From positions 1 to 52,448 of the IMG/VR virus record IMGVR_UViG_3300038393_000730: a stretch of DNA of 52,448 nucleotides. One strand, 5' to 3'. Below the pieces are notes generated by a model. It did not search any database. It saw nothing but the letters and a program-made list of their open reading frames with translations, and was not told the origin of the DNA. The DNA is from a virus. Its lineage: Duplodnaviria; Caudoviricetes. A program made the position numbers and the translations under genes. Shown in pieces: positions 37,042 through 47,058 of the stretch. The stretch's first letter is position 1. The number at the start of each line of letters is the position of its first letter.

Positions 37042-39501
37042 TTAGGCGGTTTCCAGCACGCCGCTGATGTACAGGGTTGCAGCGGCATCCACCTGAACGG
37101 CCGATGCGGCAGCGTTGGACGTGTCTGCCCACAGCCGGATCAGGTTGTCGCCGGACGAAACGGCGGCTTTCACCGTCCCGCTGTAGGTCAGGCTGTCGCT
37201 CAGGATGTTCAGTACCTGAGACTTCGCGGCGCAGGTGAACGGCAGCGAAATGACCATTGCCCCCGTCCCTGTGTGTCCACTCCATGCCACGGTGATGTCG
37301 ATGTTGACGAGGTTGCCGTTGCGCGTGTAGCTGCCGGTTTGGGTCGAGTAGGTGGCGGTGCCCGCCGTCGTCAGGCCGCTGACCACAGGCGTGTACGACA
37401 CTGGCACCAGCGACCCGTTTTCGATGCGCGTGGTGCGCACGCCGGCATCGCTGATCGGGGTCGTGCAGTTGCCCGCGTTGTTGTTCTCCAGCAGGCGCGT
37501 GCCGGTGCAGCCGGAGCCGACAGAAATGCCGGTCACCATGGTGTTGCCAGTCGTCGCGCCATACTGGTTGTTCTCGACCGTCGCCCCGGTCACGGTTCCA
37601 TTCAGGTCGATGCCCTTAGTGATTGTCGATAGTGAGCCTCCGCCCGGAGCCGCCAGCGAATTGCTGCCGATGTGGGCTCCGCGCACCGAATTGAGCGAAC
37701 TGCCTACGCTAATCAGGCTGGCGATGGTCAGTTGCGAGTTGACGATGAAAGTGGTGCCATCGATGACTGCGCCACTTGAAATGAACCCGCCACCCGGTTC
37801 ATCGACAATCGCAATACCGGCCTTGGTGAAGGTGGCCGCGCCGCTGCCTGGATTGATGAAGGCCAGCGTATTGCCGACTGCGCGCGGCGATGCTACCGCC
37901 GTGGTGATTTCGACAGCGTTGCTGGTCAGCGCGTAAATGTTTTGCTGATTCTTCTCGAACGTGATGCCGGTGCTGGGTCCGTGCGCGTAGAACTGACGCC
38001 CCGATCCGCCCTTGAGGCGGTTGGTCTGGATCGTCACACCGTTGCACGAATCGGCTTCAATCTGGTCCGTGGTGCCGCCATTGAAGACGCACGCACCGTC
38101 CACATCGACGTGGTTGCACGACTTCAGGTATAGCAGGCGTCCTGCTGGCGGGCTGTCGATGGTGGTGCCGCTCACTTCCACCTTGAGCGATTGTTCGTAC
38201 CAGATGCCGCCCGAGACGTAGGAATCGCATCCCTTCACCCGTAGGGTCATGCCACCGTACGCGTACAGAAGCTGAGCGGGGATCGGGTTGCCGTTATGAT
38301 CCTTGCCGTTGCCGCTGTTCGACTGGATTTGAATGCGCTCCAGTGTGATGACCTGCGGCCCGGTGGACAGTGCGCCGAGAATGGAAACGATGTGCCCGTT
38401 GTTGCCAGTCCCGTTGACGCGGAAGTTGCCGATCCAGACGTACCCGATGCTGGTATCGGCCAGCTCAAAGAGAGGATCAGCCGCCGTCGCGTTGCTGATG
38501 GCGTTGGTGAACAGGCAGTTGTGCCCGTCGAACACGAAGTGGCCAGCCGTGATGCGCAGCTTGGCCGTGATCTTATAGTTGCGCCCCACCGCCCCATGTA
38601 CCTGCATCGCATTCGCAAGCGCGAAGCTAAGAGCCGCCTGCGTCGCCGCGGTGTCATCAGTGGTGCCATTGCCGACTGCCCCGAACCAGTCGGGCAGCAC
38701 GAAGCCAGTCATCTGGCGCTTCCAGCGCACGTTATTGGAGGCGACAATCACGGTGCCGCCGTTGTCGGCAGTCGTCGTATCGCTGTCGTCTCGCACGAAC
38801 ATGCCGGCGATACCCGAAGGCGCAGCCGTGCCAAGATAGCCCGTCACATACACGCTCTTGCGCGGCCCGGTGTAGGCGCGTAGGGCGGTGTAGTCGGCCA
38901 GTTGCAGGGCGTTGAAGCTGTCGGCTACGGTTTCGCCGCCGTTGCCCACGACGGCCGAGCCGCCGCTTGCCGCCAGTTGTGCGAGCGACGCTTTCTCGAC
39001 ATCGAGTTCGTTGATCGCGCCCTGTACCGTAGTTGCGGCCACATTTCCGGCTGGCGTGTTCCCGACCAAAGCCGCCCCACCTGCGGCAGCGAGGGTCGCT
39101 AGCGATGCCTTTTCGGTGTCAAGTTCGTTCAGCGCGCCTTGCACCGTCGTCGCGGCGATGTTTCCTGCTGGTGCATTGCCTACCAGTGCAGCCCCGCCCG
39201 ACGCGGCAAGTGTGGAAAGCGTCGGGCGCGTGCTGTCGTCTGCCGAGTCGTACAGCTGGAACTCCGGAATCAGTACCTGCGCGATGCTGTTGCCCGTCAC
39301 CTTGCCGGTATAGCGCCCGTTTGCGGCGAAGAAGTAGAACCGGCCCAGCGCATCGCAGGTGATCGGGTTAGCGATTGCCTGCGTGCCTGCGCTATCGGAA
39401 AACAGGTGCGCCAATGCGCCCGCATGGTCGTAGATCGTCACGACCGAGAAGGGCACGGCGTTGCCCGCCGCATCGGTGATATTGCTGGTGTACTGTTGCA
39501 T
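37042..39501 (-). CDS. Tailspike with pectate-lyase-like beta-helix (putative depolymerase)
   Basis: WFGAVGNGTTDDTAATQAAL, beta-helix-type repeats, C-terminal GSYTRNGNLV; N-terminal 39-aa repeats. Confidence 0.85.
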   Translation of the reverse strand: MQQYTSNITDAAGNAVPFSVVTIYDHAGALAHLFSDSAGTQAIANPITCDALGRFYFFAANGRYTGKVTGNSIAQVLIPEFQLYDSADDSTRPTLSTLAASGGAALVGNAPAGNIAATTVQGALNELDTEKASLATLAAAGGAALVGNTPAGNVAATTVQGAINELDVEKASLAQLAASGGSAVVGNGGETVADSFNALQLADYTALRAYTGPRKSVYVTGYLGTAAPSGIAGMFVRDDSDTTTADNGGTVIVASNNVRWKRQMTGFVLPDWFGAVGNGTTDDTAATQAALSFALANAMQVHGAVGRNYKITAKLRITAGHFVFDGHNCLFTNAISNATAADPLFELADTSIGYVWIGNFRVNGTGNNGHIVSILGALSTGPQVITLERIQIQSNSGNGKDHNGNPIPAQLLYAYGGMTLRVKGCDSYVSGGIWYEQSLKVEVSGTTIDSPPAGRLLYLKSCNHVDVDGACVFNGGTTDQIEADSCNGVTIQTNRLKGGSGRQFYAHGPSTGITFEKNQQNIYALTSNAVEITTAVASPRAVGNTLAFINPGSGAATFTKAGIAIVDEPGGGFISSGAVIDGTTFIVNSQLTIASLISVGSSLNSVRGAHIGSNSLAAPGGGSLSTITKGIDLNGTVTGATVENNQYGATTGNTMVTGISVGSGCTGTRLLENNNAGNCTTPISDAGVRTTRIENGSLVPVSYTPVVSGLTTAGTATYSTQTGSYTRNGNLVNIDITVAWSGHTGTGAMVISLPFTCAAKSQVLNILSDSLTYSGTVKAAVSSGDNLIRLWADTSNAAASAVQVDAAATLYISGVLETA

Positions 39502-39526
39502 CGGCGCTCCTGTTCTCCGGGGTCGT

Positions 39527-40036
39527 TCAGTTGCTCATCATCACGCGCGCGATCCACTCGTGGCCGCGCGGGTTGTCGTCGTTGATGATCGACATCGGGT
39601 AGCACGCCTTCACGCGGCGATCGACCCAGTTGCGCGGGCGCTCCACGTTGGCGTCGTCGTGGCGGGTGTTGACCAGGATCGACTTGGAGCGGGCCAGCAC
39701 CTCGACGTACTTGCGCTTGGTGGTCAGCACCGGGCCGATGGGCAACCAGCCGATTTCCATCCAGCGCCCGTTCTGCAGCACTTCGGCGCCCTTGCCCTGC
39801 ACGTAGGACGGGACATGGGTTTCCGGGAAGTCAGCCGAGCTGTTCTCGTTGATCTGGATCGTGACGGGTTCTTCCATGAAGGCCAGTTCCGCTGCGTGCG
39901 CGTCGAACAGATTGTTGTCGTGCGCGATGTTTGGGATGTTCTCGCCATGCTCCACCGGCTTGTCAAACGACAGGTCGATGGACGACGGCTGGTTGATCGG
40001 CATGTCGGCGGTATGTTGTTCGCGGTTGCGTGCCAT
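39527..40036 (-). CDS. Conserved hypothetical morphogenesis protein
   Basis: ELAFMEEPVTI, RKYVEVLAR, DDNPRGHEW; between head and tail genes. Confidence 0.7.
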   Translation of the reverse strand: MARNREQHTADMPINQPSSIDLSFDKPVEHGENIPNIAHDNNLFDAHAAELAFMEEPVTIQINENSSADFPETHVPSYVQGKGAEVLQNGRWMEIGWLPIGPVLTTKRKYVEVLARSKSILVNTRHDDANVERPRNWVDRRVKACYPMSIINDDNPRGHEWIARVMMSN

Positions 40037-40112
40037 GTTCTGGGTTCTCCGATTGCTTGGGTTCTGGGGAAACGGGAGCCAGCCGCAACCGGCTCCCGGT
40101 GCTACAGGGGTG

Positions 40113-40595
40113 TTACGAGACGACCGGACGGCCCGGCAGGGTCGAGAGGTTCTTGAAGCTGTAGGTGGCGCCGGTCACGCTCGACAGGTTCGAGCTGCCG
40201 AAGGTCCAGGTGCCCGACAGGGTCGAACCGCCCTTGAACACGAGGTAGCCGAACGGGCAGGTGCCATCGGCCGGGCTCGGGAACTGCGGCGCGGCGATGA
40301 AGTTGCCCGAGGTGTCCAGCGCGGTCACGGCGCCTTGGGTCACTTTCAGGTTGCCGGAGGCGTCGTAGGCGAACACGAACACGCAGCCCTGGTTCGCGGT
40401 CACGCCAACGAACGCGGCGCCAGTGGTGGCATCGGTGGTCGGGGTGGCAGCGTTGGTCTGCGCGGCCTTGTTGTAGATCAGGCCGGCGATCGAGTAGTCG
40501 ATTGCATTCGCGGTGGTGTAGGTGGTGGTAGTGCCAGCGGTCAGGCCCGCGTAGCTGTGGCACATGGTGGTCGGTGCGAGTGCGTGCAGATGCAT
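40113..40595 (-). CDS. Putative head decoration/cement protein
   Basis: Thr/Ala/Gly-rich 160 aa right after the capsid gene; AAAGGA SD. Confidence 0.6.
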   Translation of the reverse strand: MHLHALAPTTMCHSYAGLTAGTTTTYTTANAIDYSIAGLIYNKAAQTNAATPTTDATTGAAFVGVTANQGCVFVFAYDASGNLKVTQGAVTALDTSGNFIAAPQFPSPADGTCPFGYLVFKGGSTLSGTWTFGSSNLSSVTGATYSFKNLSTLPGRPVVS

Positions 40596-40663
40596 GGTGG
40601 TTCCTTTCAGGTTATCGGGTTGCGATGAATGGGCGGGATGAAGGACTCACCCCGCCCGCTTCA

Positions 40664-41740
40664 TCAGGCCGGACGGGCGACGTTGACGACCGCCATCCAC
40701 ATGTGGTTTTCGATCATGCAAGCCTTCCACCACTTGGTGCCGGCGTAGCCGCGCTGGCCGTGCGGGTCGTTCTTGTCCTTCTGGCCGGGCGGGAGGTAGG
40801 TCGGGTCCAGCGCATTCAGGCCGCGCACCGCGATCTGGCTGAACGCATCGGCGCCCATGATGATGACCGGGTACACGTCCAGGCTGGTGCCGGTGGTCGA
40901 ATAGCCGGTAGTACCGCCCGTGCCGGTCCACGAGCCAACAGCGGCGCCCGCGTCCTGGAACGACGGCAGGTCCGGCGACAGCACGTAGCGGAGGCGCTCG
41001 ACCTTGCCGATTTCACCCGGCACGGCCTGCGACGGATCACCGTAACGCGACACGTCGATGAAGTTCGGCAGGTCGCGCACCATGCGCTCCAGGTCGGTGT
41101 GGGTGTAGGCGAAGTAGCCTGCTTCCACGCCGTGGGTGTCGTAGTTCGGGGACGACTTGAGCAGGCGCGTCACCGGCATGGCGTGGTTGGCCATCAGCAC
41201 GCGCACCACGTTCGACTGCAGGCTCTGGGTCATCGGGCCAGCCACGGTCGAACGGCTGGTGCCGGCGCCACCGTAGAACTGGTTGGTGCAGGACTTCAGC
41301 TTGCCGTACACGATCATTTCGTTGACCAGGCCAACGCGCTCACCGATCTGGATCTTCATCTGCGCGGGGATGTCGTCTTCGTACAGCTCGAAGGTCTTGT
41401 CGGTGAAGCCGTACAGGCAGGAGTACTGCTGCACCACTTCGGTGATGTCCACCGGCTGAATCGAGTCCGGCGACGGGGTGACGCCTTCGGTGGTCATGTG
41501 GGCCTGCACCAGTGCGTTGCCGCGGTCGCCCGTGCCGTTCTGGAAGAACACGTTCTGGTTCGAGGCGGTGGCGCCGTACGGCAGGAAGCGGCGGGCCACG
41601 TAGGTGTCGCTGGCGTTGGCCGGCATCTGCACCTGGCGACCCTGCTTGGCCAGCACTTCATACGGTTTGGCGTGTGCCAGGATCTCGCCCTTGAAACGGT
41701 TGATCCGGCCGGGAGTGAGGTTGAAAGTCTGGATACCCAT
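40664..41740 (-). CDS. Major capsid protein, N4-gp56 family
   Basis: TEGVTP, HTDLE..VRDL..F..V..YG, GEIGKVERLRYV, DVYP...G.DAF, DPHGQRGY.G.KWW. Confidence 0.9.
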   Translation of the reverse strand: MGIQTFNLTPGRINRFKGEILAHAKPYEVLAKQGRQVQMPANASDTYVARRFLPYGATASNQNVFFQNGTGDRGNALVQAHMTTEGVTPSPDSIQPVDITEVVQQYSCLYGFTDKTFELYEDDIPAQMKIQIGERVGLVNEMIVYGKLKSCTNQFYGGAGTSRSTVAGPMTQSLQSNVVRVLMANHAMPVTRLLKSSPNYDTHGVEAGYFAYTHTDLERMVRDLPNFIDVSRYGDPSQAVPGEIGKVERLRYVLSPDLPSFQDAGAAVGSWTGTGGTTGYSTTGTSLDVYPVIIMGADAFSQIAVRGLNALDPTYLPPGQKDKNDPHGQRGYAGTKWWKACMIENHMWMAVVNVARPA

Positions 41741-41765
41741 GTTGGTGTTTCCTTTCTATGTTGGT

Positions 41766-42623
41766 TTAGCCGTTGTTGTATCCGGCAAGAAATTCGTCCA
41801 CCTCCGACTTGCCGGGGGCATGGCCTCCGGTGCCGCGGGGGGTGACGGCGGCGGCCAGGCGTGCGGCACGCGCGGTGGTGTCGGGCTTCTTCGGGTCACT
41901 GGTGGGGGCCGGGGTCGGGGCTTGGGTCGGCGCAGGTTTGGCCAGGTGCTCGCGGTACAGCGTGAGCATCTGCGCGGCATCACCCACATCATCGGAATTG
42001 GCGAGCGCCTTGACCTCTTCCGGCTGGGTTGCGATCCAGCCCTTGAAGTCGTCGGTGTTCACCTTGTCGCGCCACTTCGGCAGCACTGCATTGAGCGACG
42101 ATTCGATGATGCGGCCCTGCATTTCCGCGGTCTTGCCCTCGATTTCCTTGGCAATCTTCTGCTCGAACGCCTCGGCATCGAACTTCGGGATGCGGGCATC
42201 AAGTAGCTCCTCCGTGGCCGTGGCCCAGTCGGGATAGTCCTTTTTGAGGGCTGCCCACTTTTCCGGGTCTTTGGCGGCGCTGGTGATTTCCTGCTTGCTC
42301 GGAGCGTCACCAACCTGCTTGGCGGCAGCTTGCGCCGTGGCCAGGCTTTGCTGGATTTGCTCGTGGCTTTGCATCAGGCGTCCGAGTTTGCCCGACAGGG
42401 TGTCGTGGCTTTTCTCGTACTTTTCCAGCCGCGCCAGAACGTCTTTCAGCGGGTCGGGCTTGTCCTCCGGTTGCGGCTCGGCTTGCGCCGGCTCTTCCTT
42501 CGGTGCGGCCGTGACCTCCGGTTCCTGCTTTGTCACTTCTGCAGCCGGCGTCTCCGTGGGCTGGTTGTCGTAACCTGCAAGAAGCTCGGCGTTCGCTGCT
42601 GCCAGTTCTTCGTTGTGATCCAT
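41766..42623 (-). CDS. Scaffolding protein
   Basis: Acidic/Pro N-terminus, YPDW and F.GW...QP motifs; directly upstream of the capsid gene. Confidence 0.75.
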   Translation of the reverse strand: MDHNEELAAANAELLAGYDNQPTETPAAEVTKQEPEVTAAPKEEPAQAEPQPEDKPDPLKDVLARLEKYEKSHDTLSGKLGRLMQSHEQIQQSLATAQAAAKQVGDAPSKQEITSAAKDPEKWAALKKDYPDWATATEELLDARIPKFDAEAFEQKIAKEIEGKTAEMQGRIIESSLNAVLPKWRDKVNTDDFKGWIATQPEEVKALANSDDVGDAAQMLTLYREHLAKPAPTQAPTPAPTSDPKKPDTTARAARLAAAVTPRGTGGHAPGKSEVDEFLAGYNNG

Positions 42624-42746
42624 TGAAGCTGTCTCCTTCGTGCGTTGGGCACATGGCCCGCCTGTTTGAACAGCCGGCGCGCTTTACTTGCCGCGTGGGC
42701 TGTCACCTCTTGCCGTGCCGGTTTGCACCGGGGCGGCCACTACTTC

Positions 42747-42965
42747 CTAAAATTCGTCAATGCGGGGCGGCTCGTTCAGGGCCAGCACCACTTTCAGTTG
42801 CGCGATCTTGCCGCGCAGGTGCGCCGTCGCCACCTCGTCCTTGTCCTGGTCGTTCTGCATGCGCAGGGTGTCAAGCTGGCGGCTGAAGTGCGCATACAGG
42901 CGCTGCCACAGTTCGCTGCGGCGCTCCGTTTCTGTCAGGATCAGGGGCGTTGCCAGTTCGGTCAT
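42747..42965 (-). CDS. Small head-assembly protein
   Basis: Coupled to the portal gene; TAHLRGKIAQLK. Confidence 0.65.
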   Translation of the reverse strand: MTELATPLILTETERRSELWQRLYAHFSRQLDTLRMQNDQDKDEVATAHLRGKIAQLKVVLALNEPPRIDEF

Positions 42966-45454
42966 GGCGTGCTCTCCGTGCTCACCTCATCGCGCACCAG
43001 CGACGGCGCCGGGTTGTGGTGCTTGTGCAGGTCCACGGCGCGGTCGGCGTTGCCCTGCGAGGCCGCAAGCTGGAGTTCCGCGGCACCAAGTTGGCGCTTG
43101 GTTTCCTCCTGCATCGACACCTTCGCCAGTTCGGCCTTGGCCTGTTCGAGCGTGATGTTGCGTTTCTCCGCCATCTGGATCAAGGCCTGTTGGTTAAGGA
43201 GGCGCAACTTCTCCAGGTCGTAGGCTGCGTTCTGCTGGGCGATTTCCTGTTCCTTGTCGGCACGCGCCAGTTCGGCATCGGCACGCGACTGCTGGATGAC
43301 GGCCGAGGCATTGGCACGGATCTTTTCGCGCTCGATTTGCGCGATTGCGGAAGCCTGGTGCGGCGCGATACCGCCCTGCATCATCAGCTGCTGTTCGTGT
43401 TCGGCTTCGACTGCGGCCACTTGTGCGTCGGCTTGGGCTTGTGCGGCGATCTGCTGCAGCTTGTTCTGGCCCTCGACCTGCTTGACCATGACCTGCACCG
43501 GGGGTGCTGGCGGCTGGCCGCGCATCTTCGCCTGCTCGGCTTCGCTGTACTGCGCGTCCTTCGGGTTGATGCGCTTGGCCTTCAGGAGCTGCGCCATCAC
43601 CTTCGACGGGTCGAGCATGAATGCCGGGTTGCCCACGGCAGAGAGCACGCCGAACCAGAACTGCTCCTGAATCGCGCGCTCCACCATCGCCACCGAGCCC
43701 TGAGCATTGATGCGGAAGTCGCCCTTCTCGTCGTCCGGCACTTCCGGGTCGAGCAGCAGCCATTCGTAGAAGTCCTGCACCAGCGGCTCGGTGATGTCGT
43801 CGTCAAAGCGGTAGCCGATCGAGCGCAGCCACGTATGGGCGTTGTTGTCCTGCAGTTCGGCCTGGCCGAAGGTCTGCGGCGTGGTCGGCCCGGCTTGGCC
43901 TTGGGTCACGAGCGGGATGCCTGTGGATTCTTCCGCGAGGCGCATGCCGTACTGGATGATGGCCGACAGGTCTGCCTGCAGCGACGGGATCGTGAGCACC
44001 TGGAATGCCTTGGTCACGTCGGCGGTCTGGCCTGACAGCGTGTACCAGATCTTGTTCGGTGTGATGACCCACTTGTTGTCGGCTGGCGTAATCAGGCTCT
44101 GGTCGATCACCACCTGCACGCCCGAGGCGATACCGGCGTTGTTGAACATGGCGCGGGTGGCGGCGTTCACGCTGCGCTGCGCCACGCTCATCTGTTCGCC
44201 CACGCCGATACCGGCCCAGTGACCGGCGCGGCGCGACCAGCCCATGACACGGTACGGGAACTTGCCCGACTCCAGCGGGTGCAGCACGGCGCGGATCACG
44301 CGGTCGTTGACCATCGTGACGATCGCATGCACGCTCTCGGTGTCTTCGTCCAGCCCTTTCAAGGCATCGGCGTTGACCGCCTCCATGTCGGCGCGGTCCA
44401 CGATGCCGTAGTAGTACCAGACCTCGAAACGCTTCTTGTCCTTGTCGCGGCGCTCGGCCGGATTGGTGCCGTCGCTGTAGCATTTGCCCGGCCCTTCCTC
44501 CAGTACCGCCTTGATCTGCTCTGGCAGGTAGCCGATAGCCTCCTGTTCCGCGAGTTTCGCAAGCGACTTCTTGGACAGGAAATCGCGCTCCCACACGAAG
44601 TCGCCGTTGTGGATGTCCTCGCCGCAGGCATCGTCCGGGAACACGTTCCACGGATCGACCCAGCGCACGGACGGCACGACCTTCTGCACGATTTCCAGCG
44701 CAATGCCGCCATTGATGCGCTTGGCGGCGCGGTTTTCCTGCACGTCCGGGAACGGGCCTTTCAGGACGCCCACGCCGATGCGCGCTGCGTCATGAATCAC
44801 CTTGCGGCATTCAGCCGGGTACTTCGCTTCCGTCATCCAGTCGTAGACGCGCTGTTCGGCGCGCTTGGCGGCGGCGCTGGCGGCGTCCTGCTGCTGGTCG
44901 GCCGGGTTGGCAGCGAGAGCGCCCGGCTGCGGCATGGCGGCAATGGCTTGCGGCGACGGCGCGCCAAACTGCGCGACCGGGGCCATCGGTGCCACAGGTG
45001 CGGCATTCGGATCGACCGCGCCCGGCACTGGCAATACAGGATCGGCAACCGGCGTGGCTTCGAACGAGAACGCCTTGTCATCGATCGGCAGCAGGATTTC
45101 ACCCAGCTTGGCGCCGGCATGGTCCACATAGCGCGCGGTCAGGCGCACGAACGCAGTCGAGCGGGTCGCATCCACCGGGCCGGATTTCTCGGTCGGGCTA
45201 CCCGACATGCTCATCGGCTTGGCCCAGCGTGCAGCCTTGAACTCGTGGCGGTTGGCGTCATCGATGCCGACATACGCCTCTTCGCAGGCGAGCCATACTT
45301 CCTCGATGCCCGATGCCTTGCGCGCGTCCACGGCTTCGCGGCGCTTGTCGGACAGGGCATTGCCCAATGCCTCCAGGCGCGACAGGCGCTCGGCATCGCT
45401 CATCACCGGAGCGCTGGCCAGTGCGGTTTGCCCCATGAACTTAGCGGGATGCAT
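42962..45454 (-). CDS. Portal protein (podovirus type, long C-terminal barrel)
   Basis: 830 aa after terL; GVGVLKGP, VDPWNVFPD, EESTGIP, GDFRINAQGS; Q/A-rich tail. Confidence 0.88.
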   Translation of the reverse strand: MHPAKFMGQTALASAPVMSDAERLSRLEALGNALSDKRREAVDARKASGIEEVWLACEEAYVGIDDANRHEFKAARWAKPMSMSGSPTEKSGPVDATRSTAFVRLTARYVDHAGAKLGEILLPIDDKAFSFEATPVADPVLPVPGAVDPNAAPVAPMAPVAQFGAPSPQAIAAMPQPGALAANPADQQQDAASAAAKRAEQRVYDWMTEAKYPAECRKVIHDAARIGVGVLKGPFPDVQENRAAKRINGGIALEIVQKVVPSVRWVDPWNVFPDDACGEDIHNGDFVWERDFLSKKSLAKLAEQEAIGYLPEQIKAVLEEGPGKCYSDGTNPAERRDKDKKRFEVWYYYGIVDRADMEAVNADALKGLDEDTESVHAIVTMVNDRVIRAVLHPLESGKFPYRVMGWSRRAGHWAGIGVGEQMSVAQRSVNAATRAMFNNAGIASGVQVVIDQSLITPADNKWVITPNKIWYTLSGQTADVTKAFQVLTIPSLQADLSAIIQYGMRLAEESTGIPLVTQGQAGPTTPQTFGQAELQDNNAHTWLRSIGYRFDDDITEPLVQDFYEWLLLDPEVPDDEKGDFRINAQGSVAMVERAIQEQFWFGVLSAVGNPAFMLDPSKVMAQLLKAKRINPKDAQYSEAEQAKMRGQPPAPPVQVMVKQVEGQNKLQQIAAQAQADAQVAAVEAEHEQQLMMQGGIAPHQASAIAQIEREKIRANASAVIQQSRADAELARADKEQEIAQQNAAYDLEKLRLLNQQALIQMAEKRNITLEQAKAELAKVSMQEETKRQLGAAELQLAASQGNADRAVDLHKHHNPAPSLVRDEVSTESTP

Positions 45455-45492
45455 TGTGCCCCTTGCGAATTGTCTTCATTCTTCGTTTCTCC

Positions 45493-47058
45493 TTAACCCA
45501 AGAGGCCCATGCCGGAGTCCATCGGGCGATAGGCTTGCGTGCGTGGCATTTCGATGCGGCGCTGGCGCACCGGGATGGCAAAGGTCAGCATCAGCGAGTC
45601 GGCGCGGTCGGGCGACTTGATGCCGCGGCGCTTTGCCTCATCCTTCCCTTCGATCAGGCGCAGGCTCTGGCGGAACTTGTATTTCAGCGCCGTCAGGTCG
45701 GTCTTCAGTTCGGCATCGCGCGGCAGGCTCACCGGCCCGTTAATCAGCCACTCCTTGCCGTTGGCCCACATCTGCGCGCGCAGGTTGTAGTTCTCGCCGT
45801 CGTCCACGATGAGGGACGAGTTCACGTCCACGACAATCGAGTGCTCGATGATGTTGCCGTAGGCGTCCTTGGTGTCCGGGTAAATCTGGCGCAGCCGGTC
45901 GGCCACGCCGGCACCAACGCCGATCGTGTCCACCGCGATCTGGTCCACGCGCTGCCCTGCTGCGCTGAATGCCTCGACCTCGTTCTTGACTTTCTGTGCC
46001 AGGCCCATCGTGTCGAGCTTTTCGTACACGCGCTGCCAGTACACGACACGGCCGCGGCGCGCGGTGATCGCGCTCTTGTCGTCGCCAAAGCGGGCCACGT
46101 CCACGCCCAACTGCAGGGGGCCGATGCCCTCCACGTCAGCCGGGCCGTGCTGCATGGCGATGTCCACCAGCGGCGCCGGGATGAAGGCGTCACCCATCGA
46201 GGCCGAATAGTCGATGTCGATTTCCTGCGCCACCACCACCGCGTCCAGCGTCTCGCACTGCTTGCGATACCAGGCGTCATCCTTGCGCGGGTCGTCGCGC
46301 CAGTTGAACGTGAACACGCTGATCTTGCCGCCGTGGCGCTTGCGGTAGAACGGATTGCCGGGGCCGTTCGGGGTGCTGATGTCGATCTTGCAGTTCGAGG
46401 TCTGCGACAGCGCCGCGTCGATCGCGTCGGCCTGCTCGTAGAACGCCGATTCGTCCTTGAAGTAGATCGAGGTGCGGTTGCCGCGGCCGATGTTCTTGCC
46501 CGCCTCGCCCACGATCGAACTGCCGTTTTCCGGGTTCTGGATCTTCATAAACGGCGCGTGCTTCTTCTCATCCCACCCGAGCGGCCGGAACTCAGCCGGC
46601 AGCAGGGCGATGAACTGGCGCACCTTCCAGAACAGCGATTTCGGGTCGCCCACGTTGTCCACGTACTCTTCCTTGCGCGAGCCGAAGCCAACCACCGTGC
46701 CGGGGTAGAACAGGAACATCCACACTGCAAAGCCCACGCACAGCCAGGACACGCCCATGTCGCGCGACTTCTCGGCCAGGCCATCGTCGCGGCCCTTCCA
46801 CTTGGCCTGCACCCACTCGATGAACTCGGCCTGCTTCGGGAACAGCAGGAACGGGATCACCGTGGGCAAGCCAATCTCGGCATTGCGCGGATCAAACGTC
46901 ATGCCCCAGTCGTTGATGAACGCAACCGGGTTGGCTTTATAAAACTCCTTCACGCCCGGCAGCAGGTCCGGGTTGGCGCGCAGGTTCTCGAGGCGGCGCT
47001 TGCGTTCCTCGTAGACTGGCGCGTAGTCGGGCGCGCGGAAGTCGAAGCCTTCGATCAT
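45493..47058 (-). CDS. terL: Terminase large subunit
   Basis: EKSRDMGVSW (Walker A), FKDESAF (Walker B), ISTPNG, GVDVARFGDD, SPDRADSL. Confidence 0.95.
   Translation of the reverse strand: MIEGFDFRAPDYAPVYEERKRRLENLRANPDLLPGVKEFYKANPVAFINDWGMTFDPRNAEIGLPTVIPFLLFPKQAEFIEWVQAKWKGRDDGLAEKSRDMGVSWLCVGFAVWMFLFYPGTVVGFGSRKEEYVDNVGDPKSLFWKVRQFIALLPAEFRPLGWDEKKHAPFMKIQNPENGSSIVGEAGKNIGRGNRTSIYFKDESAFYEQADAIDAALSQTSNCKIDISTPNGPGNPFYRKRHGGKISVFTFNWRDDPRKDDAWYRKQCETLDAVVVAQEIDIDYSASMGDAFIPAPLVDIAMQHGPADVEGIGPLQLGVDVARFGDDKSAITARRGRVVYWQRVYEKLDTMGLAQKVKNEVEAFSAAGQRVDQIAVDTIGVGAGVADRLRQIYPDTKDAYGNIIEHSIVVDVNSSLIVDDGENYNLRAQMWANGKEWLINGPVSLPRDAELKTDLTALKYKFRQSLRLIEGKDEAKRRGIKSPDRADSLMLTFAIPVRQRRIEMPRTQAYRPMDSGMGLLG

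Noticed and set aside
33221-39501. Diversity-generating retroelement acting on tail genes
   Set aside because: No reverse transcriptase ORF and no adenine-variant TR/VR pair was seen
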